From Anthoceros angustus (lineage: Eukaryota; Plantae; Anthocerotophyta), in contig MU008158.1 of NCBI GenBank assembly GCA_010909165.1, positions 2,257,478 to 2,321,477 on the forward strand: DNA of 64,000 nt, read 5' to 3'. The notes below the pieces were generated by a model. The model made no database searches. It was not told where the DNA came from and worked only from the letters and a program-made list of their open reading frames with translations. A program made the position numbers and the translations under genes. Shown piece by piece: positions 36,996 through 49,034 of the stretch (its first letter is position 1; each line of letters begins with the position of its first letter).

Positions 36996-37852
36996 TTACT
37001 TGGAGCTCTGTTTGTGCTTCTTCAGCTTGTCCACGGGCTGACAGTCCGTGATCTCGGTCTCGCACTCCTTGAGCCACAGAGAGTCGGCCATCTCGTTGTC
37101 TTGGCCGGCCAGCAGGGTCTGGCAAGGGGCGTCCAGGCTATCCCGCAGGCCGGCATGGCTGTGGAGGCAGTGGACCTCGGCGTCGCAGGGCACGGTGAAG
37201 GAGTTGAGGTAGAAACCCCCGGGCAAGGACTGCACCTGCTGGTGCAGCGGCTGGGCCTGCACCTGCGGCTGCACCAGCGGGACAGGTAGGCCGCGAGCTC
37301 GCCGTCGATCCGGCCCCGGAACTCAGCCAGCATGGCCCGCAGCCGCATCGCCTCCGCCTCGAACGGCCGCAGCCGCACCACCTCCGCCTGCAGCGCCGCC
37401 TGCCCCTGCAGCCGCTTCACCAGCTGCGAATTCAGCGCCTTCAGCTGCTGCACCTGCTCCTCCAGGTACGCCGTGTGCGCCTTCTTCTTCTCCCGGTACT
37501 TCTTCACTGCCTCCCGGTTCCCCACGGGCCGGTGCTTCTTGCTGCTGCTGCCGCCGTTGCCGAGGCCCGGCTGCATCTCCGACTGCACGTCCCCTTCATC
37601 GCCGTCCCGGTGCTCGCCCTTGCCCGCGAACAGCTGCGTGTGCGTGTGGTAGCAGGTGTGCGTGTGCCGCTTCTCCGGCCCTGTCGGCGGATTGCAAGTG
37701 TGCGTGTGCGTGCAGCTGTGCGTGTTCCGCATCAGCTCCTCCAGGAAGCTCTCCATGTCCGTGTTGCTGCTGTTGCTCGCCAGGTTGCACTCCAAGCTGC
37801 TGCTTCCGGAGAACATGTCTTGATCCAGAAAATCCACCCCGCTCTCCCCCAT
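36996..37852 (-). CDS. F-group bZIP (bZIP19/bZIP23-like zinc-deficiency regulator), frameshift near 37280
   Basis: CTHTHTCNPP and HTHTCYHTHT zinc-sensor motifs. Basic region GNREAVKKYREKKKAHTAYLEE followed by RLQGQAALQAEVVRL. Confidence 0.92.
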
Positions 37853-38235
37853 CTCTGCTCCCGAATCCCCGCCTCACCCCTCACAAGAAATCTTCCCGTC
37901 CCATAGTCTCCCTCGCGCTCGCGGCTCGCCCGCCTCGCATCGCCTTGCAAGCTCAAAACCAAGACTTCCCCTCTCGTCGCAGTTTGCAGAGCCCGAAGTT
38001 TCGTCAGGACAACCTAACCCGGCCACAATATCCTCCTCGGGTTCGAACCGGCCCCAGGGTTTAAGCGCACCTGTCGGATGATGCACGCGGGGTCCTGGAA
38101 AAATGGATTTTGTTTTCTCGCTGTCCGCGATTACGGATTTGTGAAGTAGGCGGCAGCAACAGCGTCCCGAGGCTGATGGTGGACTGATCGTACCCACGAA
38201 TTTCGACGGATTTCCATCTTCTGCAAGCTCGGGGA

Positions 38236-39443
38236 ATGGCGTCCGCAGTTTGTGCTTCCTCGGGTGTGGCAGCCGCTACTCCTTCCTGCAGGTTGGTCCG
38301 CCACGGGCATGCACACACAGTCAGGTTTGTGTTTGCCGGATGAGTTTGGAGCTTGATGACTTACGGTTTGATGGATTTGCCGGATGGCAGCGGCCACAAG
38401 GGCATGCAGCATGTTGCGTCAGTGAGGGCCTCGTTTCTTTGCGGGCGTCCATTGCGACAGGCGAGGATGGCGGTGCCAAGGGTTTCAGGCTCCAGAAACC
38501 CTAGGTGGGTGGTGCAGCTCGGGGTTGCAGGTATGGAGTTTGGTGTGTAGGGGGGGAGTGGACAGAGGGGTACTGTTTGGATGATGCTTGGGGTGGTAAT
38601 ATTCGTATTATGGCTCACTCCAGGTCCTCAGCAGCCGGTTTATCCCAGACTCCATGTTCGGGATCCCTACAAGAGGCTGGGCTTGTCCCTTGACGCATCG
38701 GAAGAGGAAGTGCGAGAAGCACACAGCTATCTCTCGGCCGAGTATGCAGCTCATGAGAGAAGCAGGGAGGCCATAGAGGATGCGTATGACCAGATCATCA
38801 TGGAGAGCTTCAGGCAGAGGAAAAAGACGAAAATCAATTTGAAGACTAGTTTGAAGAAGAAGGTGTCAGAGTCACCTCCCTGGGTGCAAGCCTTCTTCAG
38901 GATGATCGAAGTCCCCAAGTCCGAGATCATTGTTCGGAGGGCTGTTCTTTTTGCACTTCTTGGAGTGTGGAGCGTAATGAATCCAGCCGAAGGGGGTCCC
39001 GCCTTTCAGGTGCGTCCTGCTGGGGTTGTAGACAGGTTCTTGTGCTGTGTTGCATTCTAGGTGGTGCAGATATTTATCCAGTTTTGTGCTCATATCACAT
39101 CACGTGTGCAGGTTGCCGTTTCTCTTGGGGCTTGTATCTATTTCCTCAACGACAGGTTGAAGAGCTTGGGAAGAGCTGCGTTCCTTGGGTGAGCCAGCCA
39201 CTGCTCATTTGGCGCTTGCTTGTGCTCAACTTGTCCAGGCAGACTTAACTCATTTCTCTGTATTGCATGCTTTTCAGGTTCACTGCTCTTGCTGTGGGAT
39301 GGACATGTGGAGCATTCCTGGTCCCTCTTATCCCCAGCTCTCTCTATTTAGCCACACAATTGACTGCTTACTTCAGTCCGGAGCTGATGACTGCCCTGAT
39401 CTCATACATCTTCCTTTTCGTTGCTTGTACATTTTTCAAATGA
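38236..39443 (+). CDS. Chaperone-like protein of POR1 family (CPP1-like, DUF3353)
   Basis: [45 protein letters not shown] and [13 protein letters not shown]. The 5' exons are uncertain. Confidence 0.85.
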
Positions 39444-39785
39444 GGTGACACACTTCCAAATTAGTATTGTAGAATACCAACCAATTTTTGTAACCTTAGT
39501 GATTGATTGAGATTGAGATTTGGTTACACTACTGCAAGGGTGTGTTGCCACCAGAGAACCAAACAGTTGATCCGTAGAGCTGGAGTGGAAGAGTCGGTCT
39601 AGCTGTTAGTATACTTACTAGTCTAACTCTCTCTGGAGATCACGATTCCAACAGCGTTCAGATAGAATGTTATGGACATCAGCTCCTGTTTTCTGGCAGG
39701 TGCTTTGTATGACGACATATGCCAGATGATGAATGCAATTCATATGTGAACCAAGAGTTTGGAATCTCCGCTGGGTGCTTACCCA

Positions 39786-39834
39786 GGGTTTCGGGTTTCG
39801 GGTTTCGGGTTTCGGGTTTCGGGTTTCGGGTTTC
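39786..39834 (+). repeat. (GGGTTTC)7 telomere-variant repeat
   Basis: Seven perfect copies, one base from the plant telomere repeat TTTAGGG. Confidence 0.9.
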
Positions 39835-40572
39835 TTGCTTCTAGGCACTTCCGTTGCAGAGTGATACCCACACCAGGAGTTTGTGAAGCGGCAGCAGATT
39901 TCATCACCAGGCCACAACAGACGCTCAGACAGGACACACGGTAGGGAACATGTTGACAAATTTGCCATTCAGAATAGAATGCACTGCGTGGTGGTGGTGC
40001 GCGTAGCACCATCTCCACTTACTACGAATCATGATACATCTAGTCTATGCTATGTACAGAACCGAATTTTCGGACACACAGGAGATCTAGTGTGAATATG
40101 CGGCCCGGTCCTGTGCTGTCCTTCCATGAACTCCACACTTGCTATTTCCACATTCCTGGGCAATACAGCATTGCTGAAGGACAGAAGTGGCAAAGAGAGG
40201 CGGCGTCGACATCGGGCTTGTGCCGCAAAGGAAACATCTCCCTTCTATGGTAACGAGCCCACTGGTCTTCCATTGGCGTTGGCGTTTGGGCGACTTCTAC
40301 CGGAATTGATTATATACAAACTCGACATCAACGTGCTGAGCAGCAGTGAGCAAACCTTCTGAAAAGCCTCTGCAGTCATGGGTTCACCCGGGGCCTTGCG
40401 CAACTGGACAAAGGCACAAGTTAACAAACAGGAAACGGCAACTCAACTGCAAAAGCAGGCAGAATCACTCTTCAGTATGAAAGACGGAAGTTCCAGCTTC
40501 TATTCCTATTCGTGGCAACCAGCCACTTGCAACGTTGCTACAGTTATGAGTATCTGAAGCTCATCAAGTCAT

Positions 40573-42646
40573 CTAAGCAGGGACAGGGGAAGGAGCTAGC
40601 ACGTTATCAGCAATGGCTGACACTGACGACACCACGCTGTTGACATCAATTCCAGCCAGCTTCCCAGTTCGTGACGCAATTGCTTTCACGTTCTCGGCGT
40701 ATGGAGGAAGAAACAGCTCCGCCTTTTCTGCTGAGGAGAAGAGAGCCACACTGCAAAGCAACAATATGGTGGAACAGGTGGGTTAATACCTCAAACTTGC
40801 TGCTACGTTTGTGTAGCACTTCCTGCTAGCGCTGAAGACATTACCTGGGCTTTTTCAGCGCTATGGCAAGCTGCAGGGCTGCAGTATTGGTTGACACAAC
40901 ACCGATTGAATCGTAGATAAGTGCAGCCAACTGTGTTCAAGCACATTAGACAAGACGTAGGATATCAAAACACAACCAAACTGGTGCAGAAACAACATAG
41001 GCTTCACAGGTGGGACGTTAGAGAGACCTGGCCCGGAGTGGTGATGTAGCATACACTTGTCTCCACTCCCAAGTGTTCATATACTTTAAGGGTGTCCTTC
41101 TTGTGGGGTATCACCACCACCACCTTCGTGCTGCCAAACGATGCAAGACAAGATTCCATCACAGTTGGGAGCTGGACGACATTCCTGTTAAGTACACTTT
41201 GGAGCAGCTTGGTAGAGTGCCCCCTACCTTGCGCCACTGGCGATTTGGGCCCAGACAGAGAGAGGCAGAAGGCTGTCTGCGTCACCCCAGGACGTCATGG
41301 ATGCTTCTGAGTCGGACTCAATACCATGGAAGACCAAGTAGTCACCTCTGCTGGCACTTCCAGGCTCATCGTATTTGGTCTGTACCACCTCTTGCAGCTT
41401 TCTGGACACGTTGACATAGAGGGGTTGCACCACCTGCCTTCCCAAACCTGGGCCTGGCTTTCCCACGAACTCAATCATCTCCGCGTACCTGTACAGAGAC
41501 AAATAGTGCTAGCTTCTCAGCCTGGAGAAGCTCAGGATGAAGCAGGTCACCTGCTTCCAACCTTCAACATAAGAGCCAGCAGGCTTTATGAGGTTGTTCC
41601 TCACTCACATGTTATATCCACCCTCTGCCAAGTTCAATCGAGGGGCCTTGAAGTAAGAAGACAGAAAGAGGTCTGCGAATGCACCGTTGACATTCGGGAA
41701 GACGTAGCTCACATTCTCTCGGCTGTCAGACAACCACAGCATCCAAGCATGCCCCATTCCTGACAGCTTGGTGGAAAGAATAAGATCATAGTACTCGTTC
41801 TGGAAATTTCCGCACAACACTTAGCACCTGTACCAACCTTGCAGCCACCTTGGGTCGTCATGTGAGAAAACAAGAGAGGCACAGAGACACGCACCTTGAA
41901 TTTGCCTATAATATCCATAAACTCCACAGGCTCCACAAACTCCACATTTACCGGATGCACAAATGCACGCCTCACATTCTTGTTGAGCTCATAGGTCTGC
42001 TTGCCCCTAGCCGAGGAGTAAGTGTCGATCTTCACACCAGGATACCGGTCCTTCAATAACTGGATGACCGGGAAGAAAAGGAGATTCTCATAAACTCCAC
42101 CGTGCACAATGCAGGCACATTTCCTCACATCCCCCCTGAGGTAGGACCCCAAGCTCGCAATCTCGGGATTGTAAAATGCTGGAAAGTCGAGGTACCTACA
42201 TACGATAGCGCAAGTGCAGCAAGTGAGCAAACCCAAGTTTCCCAATCCCCGCCCATTAACCCAGGCTGTACCAAATTGCAACGCCCTTGTACTGCAGCCA
42301 GCATTTAATACCCATGAGGACTCTCATCGTCATATTCAGGAATTGGGTCCTCCGCGGTCTGCTTGCCTTCCGACAACACGTCTCCGTTATCCAACTCCTC
42401 GGGAACCCCGAAATCGAAGGGGTCCTTCCATCCCCCGCGCACCTCCTTCACCCCACCCTCCGCAACTGCAGCATCCCGCCTTCCAGGAGCTGCCACCAGA
42501 GGCCGGGAGAGGAGACGCCGCCCCAGCTCCCCAGCACTCCTGGCGAGCGCGCACTCCGAATTCCCGCCCGGTGAGCGGAATCTGCAGGCACCTGGCACCG
42601 TCTGCAGAGCAGCTGCCGCCGATGCCGCTGCAATGTGAGCTGCCAT
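40573..42646 (-). CDS. PnsB1: Photosynthetic NDH subcomplex B subunit 1 (NDF1/NDH48)
   Basis: YLDFPAFYNPEIASLG..RGDVRKC..GGVYENLLFFPVIQLLKDRYPGV..RGKQTYELNKNVR, NEYYD.ILSTKL.G.GHA and HGIESDS.ASM.S.GD.DSLLP. Confidence 0.93.
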
Positions 42647-43211
42647 TGCCGCGTCCCGTCACGCCTCGCACCAAAATTTCACCTGCAATGCATGGGGCTA
42701 AGATTTATGTTTGCGCCCGCATTCCTCCTCGCTCTTTTCAAACCAACGATCGCGTGGCTCAGAGCTGAATCCGTTTCTCCCTGCCTTGCCAGAACGCTCG
42801 CAGTTTGCGTTCTATCCTGCTGCTCCCGGTAGGCCGAAATCCCGGTGTGACGGCACCACATCCCCTCCCCGGTGGCAACCGGGACCGGAGATAGGCGGTG
42901 GCGTGCGCACGGATAAGCCATTGGAATGGCAACGTGGGGCCAGGAAGACAGGGATTCCGGTAAGCCACGGAACGGCGGGACGGGGGTGTGTCCCCTGTCG
43001 CTTCGTTTGAGTATTGGGGAGCGGAGTGATGGACGCCACATGTTGCTCAGTACGGCATTTCGGGAGGGAATTTCTGCAATGGAACTCCAAGGCATGCAGC
43101 ATCTGCCCTAGCAGAGGAATCATATAGAAAGGAGGGAGGAAGACAGGCCCCGAGCTGCAGCAACATCCTTTCTTTCTCTGATCTGGGAAGTAGGAGGAGG
43201 AGGAGGAAAAC

Positions 43212-44003
43212 ATGGCAGATTCTGCCAAGGCGGAGTTGGTGCGGGAGCTTCTTAAAGCCAAGGCGGAGAGCAAGAAGACCTTCACGGAAATTGGGAAGGA
43301 AACGGGGCACACCAATGCCTACGTTGCACAGCTCTTCCATCGGCAGGCCCAGCTGAAGCCATCCGCAGTGGAACCTCTGCGCCGAGCTGTGCCTAGTCTC
43401 ACGGATGCTCAGCTCGAGGCTATGCAGGCGATTCCGTTGCGAACTTATGATCCTAACATCATACAGGATCCTACAATTTACAGGTGAGTCACCTGCATAT
43501 TTCTGTCTTGTACGCGCACGCAGGCAAGCAAGCTACCTGGTTTCTCAGTGGAATGCACCTGGTTGCCGAGCAGGTTGCACGAGGCAGTTATGCAATATGC
43601 CGAGAGCTTGAAGGCCATTATCCATGAGGAGGGCGGGGATGGCATGTCAGCTCCTACCTCACCTCTTTCATGTTGCCTTCTAAACCAGAGTCGAGCTCTC
43701 TTGCTGCGAAACTGATGCCTGCTGTGGCCAACCAGAATGTCTGCAATCGGCTTCTTCTGCGAAGCACTCAAAGTGAAGGGCAAAGAGGGAGAAGATCGGA
43801 TAGTCATCACCTTCAACGGGAAGTATCTTCCATTCACCGAGCAGGTGAGTCACGTTTCTCGTCTTCTGTACAGGGTGCCTGCAATGGTGCTTGTGTCCTT
43901 GAGAAGCAGATAACTCACGCCAAGATACATGGTTGTTGTTCTCCAGAAAACGTCGGAGAACGTGGCATCTGTTTCACGAATTGTGTCGCACGACTTGCTG
44001 TAG
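43212..44003 (+). CDS. CYN: Cyanate hydratase (cyanase), 4 exons
   Basis: [40 protein letters not shown] and ITFNGKYLP. The catalytic R, E and S are present. Confidence 0.95.
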
Positions 44004-44369
44004 TGGCCACCCGACCCTAGTCCTCGGCAGAGTGTAGCTCTGGACAATTCTGTTTCTCTTAGGTCCCACTGACTTCCGACTCTTTTGGGAAGATCGTAAA
44101 TAGGCAATGAGCATAGAAAACCAGACCAAGATGCCCTCAAAACGGAGAAGTATTACATATATAATATTCATAAAATAGGGGAAAAAAGATAACAAAAATG
44201 TGCGAGGTAACTGTGCAAAGTCAACAAAGTCAACCCAATATGTTACACACCACCTTATGCGACAATAACCTCCTCATGTTTATCTTCGGGAACAAATTAA
44301 GACTCTTCCAAGTACTGTTTAGACAACAAGCTGAGACTCCTCGGGGCACTGTCCACATACTGAATCTTA

Positions 44370-44610
44370 TCACTATTTTAAATTTCGGGGAATCTTCAAA
44401 CTATTGTTTTATTCCATGTCCACAAACTGAATCTTATCACTATTTTAAATTTCGGGGAATCTTCGAACTATTATTTTATTCCATGGTCTTCTCGTGTTCC
44501 TCATTTTCATCTCGAACTATTGTTTTATTCCATGGTCTTCTTATGTTCCTCATTTTCATCTTGAATTATTGTTTTATTCCATGGTCTTCCCGTGTTCCTC
44601 ATTTTCATCT
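44370..44610. repeat. AT-rich degenerate tandem repeats (~50-68 bp units)
   Basis: Repeated CTATTGTTTTATTCCATG(G)TC and GTTCCTCATTTTCATCT modules. Confidence 0.8.
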
Positions 44611-47600
44611 TTTTTTTCCTCTGCACTGACTTTAGGTCTCTATACCGCATCTAGGATTTTCTATCCTTCCTTCAAGAGTCACCTATTTTTGTTTAACCAT
44701 CTTGTCCAAACCCAAAGATACAACTAGAGCCCTCAAAACACTTTTCTTACTCAAGCTTACCTTTTTGACGTAGAATTGTATTTACCCTATGCAACTTGCC
44801 TTTGACAAGCAAGCAACCCACTCTCCAAAAGCCTCTGAATGCATATCTCAAGCCGAATAGAGTAAAAACTTGGCACCTTTCACACATCGGATCACGATGT
44901 GCAGACTTGGTTGCTCGCAAAGATGTTGTCCAGCACAAAAAACACTAGCACCTCTATCTTTATGAGCCTGGGGTGCCAGCATATCGGCGAGCACTTTTAG
45001 CGTTTTGGTATAGAGTAAAGCATTGTTTGACAACGCTTGTCTTTGATGCGTGTGAAATGTGATAAGGCTGTTATTTACCACGACCTATCAATATGGGTAA
45101 AAGGTACTAATGGTCGACATTGTCAAAGGGAAGAGTACGTTGTGTAATCCAAAATAATTAGCCACTATGTACACTGCAACCATTTGCTTTGTGTATAAAA
45201 GTGTGCACGGTCAATGGGAGGGTGGCGTTCTGTTCATTAAACCTTATTTCACAACAATGGGCACGGCAGCAGGTGGGGGCACCGGCCTCACTTGCTAAAG
45301 TTCCAAATCTCCATCTTTTTCGGATACCTAAACACATGGATTTACCTTTGTCCCTACATGACCAAACCTTTCTTGGATAAGTGCTTAAGTAACCAAAAAC
45401 AACACCTCCTGTTTGACGGCCTCTCTTCAAAAATATCACCTTATGTTTTACGGCCTCTCTTAAAAAACTCATTCCTACATTTTCTAACACCTACTGGAAA
45501 GGAGGTGGTATATGAACACGAATTTCGTGGGTTTTCATGAAACTTGAGACCCTAATTTGGTAATAGGAATAAATAAATTAGGGCAGTCTGGCTGGAATTA
45601 TACCCTTTTTTATCTAGGTTGTTTTAACTCATTTAGATATGCGGCCTATTTTGTGCTTGTCAGAAACTCCCTTCGACATATATTAGAATCAAAACCCTTT
45701 TTTTTATTAACCCCCTTCAAAAATTATGGTGTTAGCGACCATCTCCTTTTGCAATAGACGCTCTATTAACTAGTTTACAATGCAGGTTACAAAGGAAACT
45801 CCAAATAATAAATCCGTCGATACGGCGTAGAGATCATTCGCACTCCAACAAATTAGGTCAGAAGGCTTCTTGTGATTATTATCTTTTGCAAGAGAATCAA
45901 CAGCGTCCAGAACACCAGCGCTCCGCTCTGTTTTCTGTCCGGTAGCCCGGGGTAGCCCGTTTTACCTACCCATGGTCGAGCAACGGGTTGTAGGAGATGC
46001 ATGTACACCGGCTGCAGCCCGTAGGGTAGGATAGGGAAGGGCGCTTGACAGTTCAAGTTCGTTCACCGGGCAATTGTGGCCTCGTGGGTGGGAGTAACCT
46101 CTGTGACCATGATAGAGGATTCGGATGAGGTCCATTTTTTCGGGTAAAGATGCCCGCCCCCATCTCTTTTGGCATGGTGGCCTCCTGTGCTTTGGAAATT
46201 GGTGGTGGAAGATCACCCGGCCAACTTTTAGATCTGAAAAGTCCAGGCACTGGAGGCCACCACCACCCACCGTTCTTCGGGTCTTTTAAATGAATTATCG
46301 TTGTTTCTTAGAGCAAAAAAAAGAAAAAATAGGATAGGTCTTGTTCTCACCACGCCAGTCACCAGCAGGCGACCTTTACAAACACATCTCTCTCGAAAAA
46401 GTTGAGAACCCCTTCCAACTGGTTCAACTGGTTAGGCTTCATGTTATTGAGCTATAAGCGGAACGATGTGAGACATTGCTAGCCTGACACAGGTTCAGAG
46501 TACATCACTGCTGTTATGCAAATAATTCCGAAGACAAGCCAGCTTGCAACAAGTTTGTCTGACGGCTTCTGTTCCTCTGATCCAGTTAGTTGAGGGTGTC
46601 TTGTCCCCTTGGTCACATGCGCCGCTAGTCCATCAGAAGCAAAATTCTGCATCGAAGTTCGAAGGTCTGCAGGCTGCTGGAAATTCTTCACGGCCTGTTG
46701 GATACTTCCTTGGAGTGTATAAGCTATAATCGATGAGCTGAGTACTAGAACTTGCCATCCCATCTTCTGATCACCCATGGCTGGCTATCAAGGAACTAAC
46801 TCACATCACAAGACCGTCTGGAGACATTGATCGAGAGTTGCCGCTGCTACTCACTGCTGGCCCTGCAGCTTGCGTTGACTTACCCCTGAGCCTGTACAAC
46901 CCCTTAGAGTTCGTGACCCTCTTTCTGCCACAGACTTGTTTGTGTGTGAACAGACTGTCCCTTCCCTTGTGTGTTGTGACACAACAGGAAATCGAACAGC
47001 TCTACTAATAAGAAGCTGTCAAATAACCTACAACGATTTCATGGAGGACACCTTTGAAGAAGCTAGACCATTATCGGACAAGAGACTTCTCACGGAAGAT
47101 ATCATTCAAGAAGCTGAACAATTATGGGACAAGAAACTTATTACAAGCTGAATCAAACTCTTCAAGAAACAACATGCAACGAACCGGTGCAAAAGTTCAT
47201 GACTGTTCTAGTTAGATATTCAGCGAACACACGTCTATGCTACAAGCAGGCCTTGATATCTGGGCACCGATCATCAGATCAGAATAGGGACCTGCGAAAG
47301 CCAACCCAGGTGCAAAACGTGAAACAAGATGAGCCTGACCAAATGCAGTCTCACGTCAGGAGTTCAATATACCCGATCAAGACACCTTGATTGGCCCTCA
47401 GCCATAACCTCTGCCCTTGCACATCAACCCGAGAAATTCAAGAACAATGTCCTACTCCTACACAGCAAACTCTGGTAATTAAACTTGATCCCCGATCACA
47501 GGACTCAACTCTCCTGCACACTACTGATTGTCCAGCAAACTCGCAGGACCGGAGGCTGCTCTGCACGTTGACACCCTAATGCCGCAAAATTGGGAGTGTC

Positions 47601-47677
47601 CTGCTGCACCGTCCGCACCTCCATCTTGTAGCTACCAGGTGATGCAGCTGAGAGGTTCAATGAACCGAGCCGGAGCA

Positions 47678-47926
47678 TCATGGAGTGCTTTTGCTGGTGG
47701 AGAGGCGCGCCTGACGAGCCTTCTCCGCCTGATCCATGTAGTCGGCGTGGGAGTGGTGCGTAGTGTTGGAGGTGAGCATGAACCACGGGACAGAGATCAC
47801 CACGCTCACTAGCAGCAGCCCCACCATCACATCCCTCCTGCTGCCGCTGTGCAAAAACTGTTGCACGCGTGACGGCGGACGCCTCCCTGATGCGGCTGCT
47901 TGTGCGTTCGGGTCCGGTTGCGCCAT
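47678..47926 (-). CDS. Small (82-aa) single-TM protein
   Basis: RRD, a TM segment, then PWFM...HHSHADYMDQAEKARQARLS. Resembles a small conserved plant family from memory, unverified. Confidence 0.7.
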   Translation of the reverse strand: MAQPDPNAQAAASGRRPPSRVQQFLHSGSRRDVMVGLLLVSVVISVPWFMLTSNTTHHSHADYMDQAEKARQARLSTSKSTP

Positions 47927-48324
47927 CGCGACCAAGCTCTCGGCTCAACAATACCACGCAAAACCCCGGATGAACCACAAATACACACCCGACACCCAAG
48001 CTCTCGAACTTGCCAGAATTTCAACCCGTAACCTAACCACGGTGTCAAACTTCCATATCCGGCGGTGTGGTGCAACAAATCCCACCATGATCGTTCGGAT
48101 GCTTCCATTAGCCAGCTAACATTCACAACGCTTTCAGAGTTTGTGGCTATCTACATAGAGGAAGTGCACTCCAATCCCCTCTCGGTTGTTCGGTCAGTGG
48201 GATGGGCACAGACGTCTAATGCTTGCTATGCTACAATACTTCACGAGAGAACGACCCGTAATTCAGATTGCCCCAAGGTGAAGTACAATCGCAGGGCCTA
48301 CATGTCAATGTCACGGCCAGCAGA

Positions 48325-48765
48325 TCAATGCCCCGATTTGCGCGCCCACCAGTCGAGGAACTTGAGGTTTGGCTCAATGCACTTGATCTTGTACAAGCCG
48401 AGAGAGTAATTGCCAACTTCCTCCCCAAGGGCCCAGCCTACCACTCCTCCTCCTGAGGCCCCGAGGACAGCGCCCAAGCCGCTTTTGGAGTAGCGCAAGG
48501 TGATCAAAGCGGTGGCCAGCCCGACCACAGCAGCTCCCCCGACCGCGATCTTGGCTCCCTGCCTCACCAGCTGCAGCTGCGGGCCGTACACGGGATCGGA
48601 GGCGATGAACTCTTGCACGTCCTGCTCGCTCCAGCGGGGAAGCGGCTTGTCCCTGCACTTCCCCACGCTGGTGATCTGATAGATGATCTTGAAGCGCTCG
48701 CGCCACTCCGCCTTGTCCATTGCCCACCAGGGCTTGTACCCGCCTTGGTTCTCGCCGTCCGCCAT
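48325..48765 (-). CDS. SDH6: Plant-specific succinate dehydrogenase subunit 6, intronless
   Basis: RDKPLPRWSEQDVQEFIASDPVYGP, YSKS..GA and KFLDWW. Confidence 0.88.
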   Translation of the reverse strand: MADGENQGGYKPWWAMDKAEWRERFKIIYQITSVGKCRDKPLPRWSEQDVQEFIASDPVYGPQLQLVRQGAKIAVGGAAVVGLATALITLRYSKSGLGAVLGASGGGVVGWALGEEVGNYSLGLYKIKCIEPNLKFLDWWARKSGH

Positions 48766-49034
48766 GGCCACCGATCTCCAAGCAAAGGGCCGATTGAAAG
48801 TATGCTCGTTGAAGCAAGTGGCATTCGCGATAGCATTAATTACACATCCTTAATAAACCCTCCTCAAGCCACAATTTCGTCGCAAAAGTTTCCTGAAAGC
48901 AAGGAAGCTTTGTTGTACCCCATCAGCCTGCCAATGATGCTGGCAACTCCTGTAATCGAGCGATGCCAGATTCAATACGACCCGGCCACTGCATCAAATC
49001 AGCACTAAACCTAAGTACGATCTGGGACCAGACT

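Noticed and set aside
40203-40212. ZDRE-like palindrome (GTCGACAT) near the F-bZIP
   Set aside because: It does not match the full RTGTCGACAY, and a partial match is expected by chance.
44700-47400. Short ORFs as TnpB/Fanzor or transposase, and a box C/D-like pair near 47220-47276
   Set aside because: No RuvC, DDE or zinc-ribbon motifs were seen, and no rRNA-complementary guide was recognised.
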